NCBI RefSeq assembly: GCF_963921235.1
Contig: NC_086108.1
Span: forward strand, 102,736,001-102,800,000
Source: Mobula hypostoma
Lineage: Eukaryota
Length of the DNA stretch: 64,000 nt
Direction of reading: 5' to 3'
Part shown: piece after piece, positions 11,980 to 23,899 of the stretch
Layout of the letters: the number at the start of each line of letters is the position of its first letter
How positions within the stretch are numbered: the first letter of the stretch is position 1
Notes under the pieces: generated by a model
What the model saw: only the letters and a program-made list of their open reading frames with translations
The model's database searches: none
Told to the model about the DNA's origin: nothing
Position numbers and translations under genes: made by a program

Positions 11980-13720
11980 GGGAAAATCTGCAGATGCTGG
12001 AAATCCAAGCAACACGCACAAAATGCTGCAGGAACTCAACAGGCCAGGCAACATCTATAGAAAAGAGTACAGTCGACGTTTCAAGCCAAGGCCCTTCAGC
12101 AGGACTGGAGAAAAAAATATGGAGTAGAGTTAAAATGTAGGGGTGGGGAGTGGAGGAGAAACACAAGGTGATAGGTGAAACTGGGAGTGGGAGGGGTGAA
12201 GTAAAGAGCTGGGAAATTGATTGGTGGAAAAGATGCAGGGCTGGAGAAGGGGGAGTCTGATAGGTGAGGATAGAAGGCCATGAAAGAAGATGAAAGAGGG
12301 AAACGGAGGAAGGAGCACCAGAGGGAGGTAATGGGCAGGCAAGGAGATAAAGTGAGAGAGGGAAGAGGAGATGGGGAATGGTGAAGGAGGGGTGGGGGGG
12401 GGGCTAACCTGAAGTTTGAGAAATTGACATTCATTCCATCCCTTTGGAGGCTGCACAGACGGAATATAAGCTCCAACCTGAGTGTGGCCTCATCATGACA
12501 GTGGACGAGGCCATGGATTAACATATCGGAATGAGAATGGGAAATGGAATTAAAATGGATGGCCACTGGGAGATCCCGCTTTTTCTAGTGGATGGAGCGT
12601 AGGTGCTCGGCAAAGCAGTCTCCCGATCTGCATCAGGTCTCATCTGTATACAAGAGGCTACGCTGAAGCACCCTACACAGTATATGACCCTAACAGACGC
12701 AAAGCCGAATTGTCACCTCACCTAGAAGGACTGTTTGTGGCCCTGAATGGTACTGAGGGAGGAGGTGTAGGAACAGGTATAGGACTTGTTCCACTTGCAA
12801 GGGTAAGTGCCAGGAGGGCCAAATGAACAAGGGAGTCATGTAGACAGAGATCCTTTGGAAAGCAGAAAGTGGGGTGGGGGGGAGAGGGAAAGATGTGCTT
12901 GGTAGTGGGATCCTGTTGGAGATGGCAGAAGTTGTAGAGAATTATGCACTGGACGCAGAGGCTGGTGGGGTGGTAAGTGAGGACGCCTTTTGTTTGAAGG
13001 AAGTGAGAGGAGCCAAAGGAGAAATTTCTAACAGTGAAGACAACTTCTGCTAGAAAGAGTAGAGTGGTGGTGGAGGAGAACTGGTTTTGTCTGGTGTCCA
13101 GAAAGAAATGGAAAGCTTTGAGGCCTTCCTGATGGAGGATGGAGGTGTATAAGGACTGAGCATCCATAATAAAAATAAGATGATGGGGGCCAGGGAATTT
13201 GAAATCAATGAAAAGATCCAGAGCGTGTGATGTGTCACAGGTGTAGGTAGAAAGGGACTGAACTAGGGGGGAAAAACTGAGTCAGGGTATGCAGAAATGA
13301 GTTCAGTGGGGCAGGAAAAAGCTGAAACATTAGGTCTACCTGGACAAATGGGCTTGTGGATCTTGGGTAGGAGGTAGAAACAGGAGGTGCAGGAACTATG
13401 ATGTTGGTGGCAGTGGCTGGGAGATCCTCAGATTTGATAAGGTCAGTGATGGGAGACAATGGCCTGGTTGTCCTTAGTGGGGTCCTGTTCAAGGTGTAAG
13501 TAAGAGGAGGTGCCTAACAGTTGTCGCTGGGCCTCTGCAAGGTAGAGTTCAGTACACCAGACTACTACAGCACCCCCCCATGTCTACGGGCTTGATGGTG
13601 AGGTTGGGATTGGTACTGAGGGAGTGGCGAGCAGAACGTTCGGAAGGAGTGAGGTTGGAATTGGAGAAAGGAGTGGTGAAGTTGAGACGGTTGATGTCTG
13701 AGGGGAAGGGAGGTTTGGGT
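11980..13720 (-). mobile_element. Penelope-like element (decayed RT + GIY-YIG endonuclease + terminal repeat)
   Basis: MDAQSLYTSILHQEGLKAFHFFL...NFSFGSSHFLQTKG (RT), NPNLTIKPVDMGG (PADKGG-like motif), HDEATLRLELIFRLCSLQRDGMN (EN). Confidence 0.88.
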
Positions 13721-14300
13721 GTCAGTATCTGCATTTTGCTTTGCTTTCCATATGTCTTTCCTCCCACATTCCAAAGATGCATGGCTAGGGTTAGGGAGAG
13801 TAAGTTGTGGGCATGCTATGTTGGTGCTAGAAGCAAGGCAACACTCATGGGCTTTCCAGTACAATCCCTGCACTGTTGGCCATTGATGCAAAACAATGCA
13901 TTTCACTGTATGTTTCACGATGTTGAAGCATAAGAGACAAATAAAGCTGATCTTTCTTCCTTTCTTAACATGCCAACCGTAAAAACCATTATGAAAGATG
14001 TTTATTAACTAGGATGCTTTGCAAGTTACACCATGATGCCTCCTTCACTCAGCCAGATTTTACAAGTGACTGAATAGTGAATGTCAGTAGGACTGGTTAA
14101 ATGGTTGCAGTGTCAATACGGTCATGGGGAGCCATTTCTGTGCTGTAAGCTCAGCGACTTCTGTGATGCTATAGATGGAGGAATTGGCAGAGAGGGGAAA
14201 ACTTTACTGGAATTGGAATCCCACAGGGAAATGGCTGTGGAGTTCATGTTCATAATGGAAGGAAATCTCCATTGCCATTGGAGAGTAGGTGTGTGGTGGA

Positions 14301-14948
14301 CACTGTTCCCTCTCAGCTGCGTAGGTTTGTGGCCGCGCAGTAACTGAAATGCTCTTGCACTCATAGTCTTTGTTACCATGCAGCTAGAATTTTCTTTTGT
14401 ATAATGTTAATATAACTTTAAAATCTATGTTAATATTGTTGTGAAGTACCCTATAATTAATTATGTTAAAGAATATAATCCATAAACTTTCTAAATAATA
14501 AACTTACCCCAATCTTTGTATTTTGTGTCTCCAATGTATCTACATTGTCAGCGTTTCAAGTTAGAGCACTGTTACAAATTGTAACAATAGACACAGAATG
14601 GAAGTCAGCTCATTGCTAATAAATCCCTGGCCATTGATCGCTGATGCCATCTATTCAAAACTGTTTACTTTTGCCATTGTGCTTGTCAGTTGTTTGACTG
14701 CTTGACATTGCTTACTTGTGTTATGAGTTACGGTTTGTGTTTGTTTGATGTAAAAAATTCTATATTCTGACTTTTTTGGTGAGTAATCTAAAGTATGTGT
14801 TTTTATTTAACTTTTCATTCTAAATATTCACAGTGCATATTACAAGGAAGCATTTAAAGTGCTGCGCAGTTTTAAGGCCATGTAAAAGTGTCCTGCTCAG
14901 ATCAATGGTTGGTCCATGCAGCTGTAAAAAAAATTAGAGGGAACTTTG
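14301..14948. mobile_element. hAT-family non-autonomous DNA transposon (648 bp)
   Basis: Imperfect 15-bp TIRs CACTGTTCCCTCTCA / TTAGAGGGAACTTTG and exact 8-bp TSD GTGGTGGA (14293-14300, 14949-14956). Confidence 0.88.
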
Positions 14949-15009
14949 GTGGTGGAAGAACAGGAATAGTTTAAAGAGATAGAGATTAAAATCATAAGAG
15001 TTGTAGTCA

Positions 15010-15300
15010 TGTGATCACTGGAGTCGAGTATGATGTTCTCCTAAGGAGTTGTCTATTGGTGGTTCCTCAAGAGGCTGTAGAGGATGATCCAGGATCCACA
15101 TATTCTGGTGCAGTGTGGGCAAGAGCAAGTCGTGGCTATGGTTAGTGGTTGGGTCTTTTGGTTGTTCAATCTTTCCTTTCTCAGCTGCCATTTGTTCTTT
15201 GTGGCACAGAAGAGGTTGTTCTCATGTGCCCTCTTGAACAAATTCTTCCAGGTATATCTGCTAAGTGCAATGTTCCTCCTAGTTTTTACATGCAATATTG
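15010..15300 (-). mobile_element. Old RTE LINE 3' remnant
   Basis: ORF ends TCSCPHCTRICGSWIILYSLLRNH, resembling the RTE C-terminal CxxC...SRIGL.SH zinc-finger motif. Confidence 0.6.
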
Positions 15301-15765
15301 AATTTCTTCCTAAAGTTGCACAGTGCTGAAATCGGCCCTTAAGTCTGTTGTGTCTATGCTGACTGTAATGCCTACCTTTTCAATCCTATTTGCCTGCATT
15401 AATTCCATTTCCCTGCGCGTCTTGCTCATTCAAGTGCCTGTCAAGATACCTCTTAAATGTGGTTACTGTTTCTGTTTCCACCACCTCCTCTGCCAGATCA
15501 TTTCCAAAATAGAAGGGGTAAAGGTCACTGGAACCATTTGGCTGGCTATAAAAACCATCTTAGACCTGGCGAAATGTGGGTAAGTGCGATACAAAAGGCT
15601 TTGTAGGTGGAATTAATGAGGTTCATTTCTCCCCCTTACACACTCATTTGCTCTGGTGCACATAGGCGCCTGCATAGATACCCCCGATCCCATGGCTGTT
15701 CCTGGACAAAATCAAAGTCCTGCAGATAATTGAAAGCCAAAATAAAAACAGAAAATGTTAGAGTT

Positions 15766-15949
15766 TGAACACGAGGAAACCTGCAGATGCTGGAATTTCA
15801 AGCAACACACAAAAAAGTTGCTGGTGAACGCAGCAGGCTAGGCAACATCTCTAGGAAGAGGTACAGTCGATGTTTCGGACCGAGAGTCTCAGCCCGAAAC
15901 GTCGACTGTATCTCTTCCTAGAGATGCTGCCTGGCCTGCTGTGTTCACC
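15766..15949. mobile_element. Penelope-derived palindromic insertion with 13-bp TSD
   Basis: Inverted arms centred near 15885; AAATGTTAGAGTT at 15753-15765 and 15950-15962. Confidence 0.85.
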
Positions 15950-16079
15950 AAATGTTAGAGTTACCCACACCACCCCAAATCTGGCCACATTGTGAAGAAA
16001 CAGACAGTTCAGTTACAAGGTTGCTGCATTGTCCGGCAAGTTACTATCAGATGTACATATGTGTAGCAATGAAAAACTG

Positions 16080-16720
16080 AACACCAGAAGAACTCAGCAG
16101 GTCACACAGCATCAGTGGAAGCAGAAGGTGTATGTTGATGCTCCAAACCGAGACCCTGCATCAGTCCTGATGAAGGGTCCTGACCCAAAATGTTGACTTA
16201 CATATTTGGTCTCCACAGATGCTATCTGATCCTCTGAATTCTTACAATATTATGCTTTTCATTCCAGATTCCAGCATCTGCAGCTTCGCTTGCCTTTGTG
16301 GGTCAGCAATAGTGATATCCTCTGTAAATACAACACTGCCTTCTGCAATCTTTCCTCCATAACTGCAATACAATATACCATTAACACAAAAGATTCTGCA
16401 AATGCTGGAAATCTTGAGCAACACATGCAAAATGCTGGAGGAACTCAGCAATCAGGCGGCATCTATGGAGGGGAATAAATAGTCAATGTTTCAAGCCGGC
16501 ATCATTCATCAAGACTTGATGTGATTCAGTTATCCCAGCTCCAGGGGAATCACTGCAGGAGTTTATCAGTGTATTGTCTGTGAACCATCCTGAAGAATGG
16601 TCTCGGCTCAGAATGCTGACCGTTTATTCCCCTCCATAGACCCCCTGCTTGACCGGTTGAGCTTCTCCAGCATTTTGTAGGTATTGCTCTGGATTTCCAG
16701 CGTCTGTAGAATCTCTCGTG
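16080..16720. mobile_element. Two further Penelope-derived palindromic repeats
   Basis: gaactcagcaggtc...cagtcctgatgaagggtc...ccagcatctgcag (16088-16283) and 16385-16720 with inverted arms. Confidence 0.7.
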
Positions 16721-16744
16721 TTTATGCAAAGCAAGGTTTCTAAG

Positions 16745-17330
16745 GTTGTCATAGGGGGGTGGTAGTGGCGATAATCTCCCACCACCTATAAAGTGCTCCA
16801 AATTGTGTGCGTCACTAACAGCCTCTGACAACCAAATCAAACTCTTGGCCTTCACGTGTGGCTTAGCTTCTAGGCCCAGCGGAACTGTTTCTACTGACAA
16901 GAGAAGGGGCAAAGCCAGACCACTGACACCTCAAAACCAGTTGCTTCGGGCAGGTGGGGCTCATCGGCCTTGGACAGCAGCCCACCTAGGAGAAGGAAAA
17001 CTCTGATTTTAAACCTCCGCTGCCTTGCGGCCATACCCACTCATGGGAAGGGCTTCGGGAGTAAACCCCGAGGAAGAAATCTGGAGCCGGGGTCCCTAAG
17101 GCAGTTTGATGTTGTTTACAACTTCACTCTGGCAACCTCTGTGACGACACTGGTGCCAAGCTGTATCGGCGCTTGCCTTTTGCTTGGACTACATCAGTAA
17201 CGTGCTGAGGGGAACCCACTACATGGGCCACAGCCGGTTCTTCAAATCTTCCCACTCAAGCTTGCGCTCTGGAGAGGACACACCAGTGGCGCAAACCCAT
17301 GATCCCCTGGGATCGACAGCTGACTACAAT
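16745..17330 (+). mobile_element. Non-autonomous RTE-related element (non-coding)
   Basis: Shares gacactggtgccaagctgtat and a ccatgatc/ccatggtc-type tail with the 6413 SINE; related copy at 54853-55459(-). Confidence 0.6.
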
Positions 17331-17394
17331 GCAAAACAAATTTTTTTTTAATGTATCTCAGTACATGGAACAATAATAAGCCAATACTATATAA

Positions 17395-18607
17395 CAATAG
17401 GTCAATAGCTCTTCACACAGCATTAGACCACCTGAACACCAACACCTACGCTAGGATGCTGTTCATCAGCTATAGCTCAGCATTTAATACCATCATTCCC
17501 ACAATCCTGATTGAGAAGTTGCAGAACCTGGGCCTCTGTACCTCCCTCTGCAATTGGATCCTCGACCACAATTTGTGTGGATTGGTGATAACATCTCCTC
17601 CTCACTGACGATCAACACTGATGCATCTCAGGGGTATGTGCTTAGCCCACTGCTCTACTCTCTCTATACCCATGACTGTATGGCGAGGCATAGCTCAAAT
17701 TCCATCTATAAATTTGCTGATGATACAACCATTGCTGGTAGAATCACAGATGGGGACGAGGGGGTGTACGCGAGTGAGATATGCCAACTAGTGGAGTGGT
17801 GTTGCAGCAACAGCCTGGCACTCAACGTCAGTAAGACAAAAGAGCTGACTGTGGACTTAAGGAAGGGTAAGACGAAGGAACACATACCAATCCCCATAGA
17901 GGGATCAGAAGTGGAGAGAGTGAGCAGTTTCACTTCCTGGATGCCAGGATCTCTGAAGACCTAACCTGGTCCCAACATATCAATGCAATTATAAAGAAGG
18001 CAAGACAGCGACTGTACTCAGTAGCAGTTTGAAGAGATTTGGTATGTCAACAAATACACTCAAAAACTTCTATAGATGTACCATGGAAAACATTCTGACA
18101 GGCTGAATCACTGTCTGGTATAGGGGCCCAACTACACAAGACCGAAAGAAGCTGCAGAGAGTTGTAAACTTAGTCAGCTCCATCTTGGGTACTAGCCTAC
18201 AAAGTACCCAGGACATCTTCAGGGAGCAGAAAGGCAGCGTCCATTACTAAGGACCTCCAGCACCCAGGACATGCCTTTCTCTCACTGTTACCATCAGGTA
18301 GGAGGTACAGAAGCCTGAAGGCACACACTCAGTGATTCAGGAACAGCTTCTTCCCCTCTGCCAAACGATTCCTAAACGGACATTGAACTCTTGGACACTA
18401 CCTCACCTTTTTAACATATATTATTTCTGTTTTTTGCACTATTTTTAATCTATTCAATATACGTATACTGTAATTGATTTACTTCTTTATTTATTATTAT
18501 TATTTTTTTTTTCTCTCTTCTATATTATGTATTGCATTGAACTGCTGCTGCTAAGTTAACAAATTTCACAACACATGCCGGTGATAATAAACCTGATTCG
18601 GATTCTG
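17395..18607 (+). mobile_element. Rex1/Babar-type LINE, decayed RT through 3' tail
   Basis: [51 protein letters not shown]; tail aataaacctgattcggattctga. Confidence 0.85.
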
Positions 18608-18664
18608 ACAAGTGGTAAGACACAGAGAAACAAATGTGCAGGAAAAAAAAACTTAAGTGATAAG

Positions 18665-18985
18665 ACGCACAAAATGCTGGAGGAACTCAGCAGGTCAGGC
18701 AGCATCTATGGAGAGGAATAAACAATCCACATTTCAGGTTGAAACTCATCAGCAGGACTGGAAAGGGCAGTCCTGATGAAGGATCTCAGATCCAAAACGT
18801 CAACTGTTTATTCCTTTCTATAGATCAGAGGTTCCCAACCTGGGGTCCACAGATCTCTAGGTTAATGGTCAGGGTCCGTGGCATAAAAAAAGGTTGGGAA
18901 CCCTTGCCATAGATGTTGCCTGACCTGATGAGTTTCTCAGACATTTTTGTTTTGCTCTAGATTTTCAGCATCCGCAGAATCTCTT
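18665..18985. mobile_element. Penelope-derived palindromic repeat
   Basis: Inverted arms around cagcaggactggaaagggcagtcctgatga; right arm interrupted by a MITE. Confidence 0.75.
18826..18906. mobile_element. 81-bp hAT MITE
   Basis: TIRs CAGAGGTTCCCAACC / GGTTGGGAACCCTTG; 8-bp TSD CTATAGAT (18818-18825) / CCATAGAT (18907-18914). Confidence 0.8.
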
Positions 18986-19624
18986 TTATTTTTATAAAGG
19001 GTTAAGACTACAGGGCCAAAGAGGGAGAAAGTTTGGTGACAAAAAGGGCTGTACATTGTATAAGGATTTCTGCAGCGGTAAATCTAAACCATAACTAAAA
19101 CAAAACAATTGCCACTAGCTTGCATGATGCGCCCCCAGCTCCAAAGATTGCTCTAAAGGTCGAATCCTTTCTTCCATCCTCTTATGCAATTAGCAAACAT
19201 CTAATCTTGTGGCGATGAAACTTAAGCATACTCAAGTGTAAGATAAGCACTATTCAGCAGTCAGCAAAATATACGACATCCACCAGTCCCAAACAACAAA
19301 TTGCTATGAAATAAGCAAGAATACATAACTTATTTCCTTCACCTTTACCATGTTCCCACTCATGTGACTAGTTACCATGATAAATATAATGAATGCACAA
19401 CACAGAATACAAAGCAGATAGAGAACAGATACAAGGCTCCTACAATTCTTTTTGTCATTTAATTTCTTTGGCCTTCCATCTTATCACATCATACATTCCC
19501 TCCTGCTCACTCCTCCTTCTGCTAATAGAACTCTATGTGATGGAACTTCCAGCCAATTGCAATAACATCCCATCTGTGCTCCTAATTCAACCAAATAGCG
19601 ACAAACAAACTGGAGACACAGGAG

Positions 19625-20160
19625 TTCAAAGTTCAATGTTCAAAGTAAATTTTATTAACAAAGTACATATATGTCACCACATCCAACTCTGAGGTTCATT
19701 TTCCAGCAGGCAACTCAGCAAATCTATAGTATAGTAACTGTAACAGGATCAACGAAAACTATAGTGCAGAAGACAACAAATTATGCAAATGCAAACATAA
19801 ATAAATTGCAATAAATAAAGAGGACATGAAATAACAAGGTAAAGAGTCCTTAAAGTGAGATCATTGGTTGTGGGAACATTTCAAGATGGGGTAAGTGAAT
19901 ATAGTTAACCCCTTTTGTTCAAGAGCCTGATGGTTGAGGGGTAGTAACTGTTCTTGAACCTGGTGATGTGAGTCCTGAGACTCTTGTACCTTCTACCTGA
20001 TGGCAGCAGAGAGAATAGCATGGCCTGGGGGCTGAGGATCTTTGATGATGGATGTTGCTTTTCTATGACAGCTTCTCTTGTAGACGTGCTCAATGGTTGG
20101 GAGGCCTTTACCCGTGAGATCCTGGGTTGAATCCACTACCTATTGTAGGATTTTCCGTTC
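19625..20160 (-). mobile_element. Rex1/Babar 3' end
   Basis: LFSLLPSGRRYKSLRTHITRFKNSYYPSTIRLLN plus aataaaatttactttgaac tail. Confidence 0.8.
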
Positions 20161-20324
20161 AAAGACAGCAGACGCTGAAAGTTGGAGTCAAAGACAAACT
20201 GCTAGTGTTATTCAGCAGGTTGAGCAGCATCTGTGGAGGCAGGGAGATGATCTCGACCTGAAACAAACATCCCTCTGCCTCCATTGATGCTGCCTGACTC
20301 ACTGAGCACCTCCAGCAGTTTGTC

Positions 20325-20750
20325 TTTACTTACTTACTGCCAGTTACACTGCTGGTGTTTAGGTCAGCAATGAAGGTCTACCATCTCTGGCAGTGTTCAG
20401 GGATTCTTTCATCGTGTCAGTAGCTTCCTCTTGGTTTTCACTACTGTCAGTCATGCAAGTCCCAGGTGGAGACTCGGGAATACTGCCACACTCAGAAGGA
20501 GAAGGATTTTTCATTGCTGTTTCAGTAACAATTTTGTTTTACCAGTCAGGGTTGTCAGCCCTGAGGTGAATCGCTGAATCTGGAGGACCAGTGGACCAGT
20601 GGACTGCTCTTAGTCTGGTCTCTACCCTTTGACCTGTGTGACATGGGTGACCTACCACGAGCCAAAACATAAAGCCCTGACTCCAGCTAACATAGCTCTC
20701 TGGGTCACTGAGGCACACAGGCCTCCAAACCCAATGTGCACCTCTTGGGG
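20325..20750 (-). mobile_element. Non-autonomous RTE/Expander-like element
   Basis: Minus strand ends agatggtagaccttcattgctgacctaaacaccagc...(agta)n; homologous copies at 39625-39935(+) and 46888-47220(-). Confidence 0.6.
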
Positions 20751-21616
20751 GAGTTTTCTTTCAGATCAATAAAATAACAGCTCATTCATTCTATTAATCA
20801 CCTTGCAAATATTAACCACCCAGCTTCACAGCTGAACATTAACTTGGCTTCTAATAATTGTATCCAGACTGGGTTGTTGCACTCTACTTAAAAATTCATG
20901 TTCTATTGTAAGCTGTACATTATTAATGGAAACTTTTAACATTCTAACTTGTCATATAGAGAGAGGGGGATGAAGATATTACCTCTGTTTTTCACGTCGA
21001 TGAGGTCTCTCAGTGACTCTATTATGGTTACTGCATTTATTGAGTCTGCCCACAAGAAAATGAAACTCAGAGTTGTAAATGGTGACATGTATGTACTTAG
21101 GTAATACGTTTACTTTGAACTTTGTACATCAAAATATCGAAACATACAGTGAACTGCATCGTTTGATTCAAGAACCGTCACAGTCTGAGGATTGTGCTGG
21201 GGACAGCCCACAAACATCACCAATCTTTCAGCACCACTATAGAATGCCCACAACTCACTAACCCTAACTCTTAACTATATGAACATAACTGTCTTTGGAA
21301 TGTAGGAGGAAACCGGAGCATCTAGAGAAACCCCACAGGGAAATCATGGTGAGAACGCACGGACTCTTTAATGACAGTGGTGGGAATCGAACCCTGATCG
21401 GTGCTTGCAGGCACTGTAAAGTATTGTACTAACAGCTATGCTACTGTTGTGACACCTCCATACAACACAAATTGGCATGGCTCTTCGTGGAATCTTGCTG
21501 TATATAAACCAGAATCAGAATCAGGTCTGTAATAACCAACATAGTCATGAAAATTATTTTAGCAGCAGCATTTTTTTTTGTGCAAGGCATGAATAATTAC
21601 TATAGATTACAAGCTA

Positions 21617-21985
21617 GATGACAGGTGGTCATGTTGGAGCTGGCCATTCCCTGGGAAGACCAGATGGGAGAAGCCTATGAAAGGAAAAAGACAAAGTGCT
21701 GCAGTAGTGCTGGCGGGCACACTGTATCACCCTCCAGATGGGCATCTCAGGAGCCCAGAACAGGAAAGCCATTAGGAACGCCGTAGAGGCAGCAGAGCGA
21801 GCTTCGAGATGGCTGTGGATCAGGAGGGCTGGTCCGTGGCAGAGTGCTACTCAGACACAAGTCAGGGCCTGATCAACTCCGGCTGTGTCACCCAGGTGAG
21901 GGTGTCTGATGTTAATAGGCCCAAAATACCCTGTGACCCCGTGTTACATCATGTGTCTGAGCGCATCACAAGATGTATTATTCAG
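21617..21985 (+). mobile_element. HERO-like (restriction-like endonuclease) LINE 3' fragment, internally deleted
   Basis: Manual translation QVVMLELAIPWEDQMGEAYERKKTK...KAIRNAVEAAERASRWLWIRR, paralleling 52691-53068. Confidence 0.75.
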
Positions 21986-22421
21986 TTTAAAACAAGATAC
22001 ATGAAAATGAATAAATAAGTCGTGCAAAAAGAGTTGAAAGTTCAAAGTACATTTATTATCAAAGTATGTATACATTATATAACCTTGAGATTCATGTCCT
22101 TACAGGCAGCCACAGAACAAAGATACCCATTTTAAAAAAAGACCGTCAAACACCCAATGTGCAGAAAAAACAACAATCTGTGGAAACAACTGCAGCCGAC
22201 CTAGGAGCAAATTAGTTGCAGGTCACAGCCTCGGTTCAGCGCAGAGATAATGAAACCTCACAGAGCAGCCACCTGCACTAACCCGTCCCTCGCTTCCAGT
22301 CCCAACACCAATATAGAAATACAGTGCGTGAGTGTTCAGCGGTTCATGGACCATTCAGAAATCTGATGGTGCATGCGGAAAGGTATTTTAATAGATAATA
22401 CAATATATAACTCAAAACATA

Positions 22422-22974
22422 CACTCAGTGGCCACTTTATTAGGTACAGGTGTAGTACCCGGTCTGGTCTTCTGCTGCTGTAGCCCATCCAGTTTGAGGT
22501 TCAACATGTCGTGCTTTCAGCGATGCTCTGTTGCACACCACTGTTGTAACAAGCGGTTATTGAGTTATCGTCGCCCTCCTGTCAGCTTGAACCAGTCTGG
22601 CCATTCTCCGCTGAACTCTCATTAACAAGGCATTTTCGCCCACAGAATTGCTGCTCACTGGACTTTTTTTTGTTGTTAATTTTTTGTCCCATTCTCTATA
22701 AACTCTAGAGACTGTTATACGTGAAAATCCCAGGAAATCGGCAGTTTGTGAGATACTCAAACCGATCCTGTCTGGCACCATCAATCATTCCACAGTCAAA
22801 GTCACTTAGATCATATTTTTTCACCATTATGACGTTAGTTCTAAACAACAACTGAACCTCTTGACCACGTCTGCATGCTTTTATATATTGAGTTGCTGCC
22901 AGATAATTGGTTGATTAGATATTTGCATTAACGAGGAGCTGCACAAGTGTACCTAATAAAGTGGCCACTGAGTA
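22422..22974 (-). mobile_element. Tc1-derived non-autonomous element with TIRs
   Basis: TIRs CACTCAGTGGCCACTTTATTAGGTAC / GTACCTAATAAAGTGGCCACTGAGT, TA on both sides; interior GLSISQTADFLGFSRITVSRVYREW. Confidence 0.88.
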
Positions 22975-23097
22975 TATGTCAGGGACAATAAACCTGATTC
23001 TGATTTTAACAATATACTTCAGTCAAGTATACTCAGTTGATCAGTATATTCCAAGATAGATAGATAATAAAAGTATTTTAACTTTTAAATGTGTTAG

Positions 23098-23335
23098 GGT
23101 GACACAATGGCGTAATGGTTAACACAGTGCTTTACAGTACCAGCATCCCACTGCTGCCCGTGAGGAGTTTAACCACGTGGGTTTTCTCCGGATGCTCCGG
23201 TTTCCTCCCACCATCCAAAGGTTAACTGGTCATTGTAAATTATCCCGTGATAAGGCTAGGGTTAAATTAGGGGTTGCTGGATGGCACAGCTGGAAGGGCC
23301 TATTCCTCGTTGTATCGCAATAAATTAAAATAAAA
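23098..23335 (+). mobile_element. V-SINE (HE1-like) copy
   Basis: tRNA-like head tggcgtaatggtt and V-domain-like gtgggttttctccggatgctccggtttcctcccac; other copies near 3210-3420, 7540-7730, 21270-21450, 36720-36995, 39960-40085, 52200-52365. Confidence 0.7.
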
Positions 23336-23899
23336 GATAAAATTATCTGTCTCTGTTTTAAATATACAGATCATCTTAGCTTCCACAGCCTTTCAGTATA
23401 AAAAGAATTTAGTCATACAGCATGTTCCTAAAACAGAGTGTGCACCTTCAAATTCGTGTACCACCCCCCTGACAGTAACAATAAGAAGAGGCCATGTCCT
23501 GGATGGTGAGGGGTGGTGATGGTTAGTTTCCTTGTTCTCTGCTACAATTGTACAACATTTGAACAATGTGACAGCCAAAGAAGTTACTGCTTCCCAGCCT
23601 CACGATAAATACCATTTTGTTCTCTAGGGAGGAGGAGGCTGGGGCTGTGATTAGTGTCTAACATACAAAGTGAGTCACTGTGGGGGATGTTGTTTCTTGT
23701 GGGAAATCCACGTAAGGAGAGTGCAGTTGAAATGAAAAAGCAAATGAAGGTAATGTGTCCTTAATTGAAGTTTGAAGTTTGTGGAATGAACCACAACCTT
23801 GGCTCCAGGACCAGCTCAACTATTTAAATGACTAATAACAGTGAGTGCTTTGGGGGAGGCAAGGGGAGAACACAGAGCAAGGATACCGAAATATAATTG

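Noticed and set aside
23628..23675. Strong-looking splice pair ttttgttctctag ... aaa|gtgagt
   Set aside because: All three frames contain stops; no evidence for a non-coding exon
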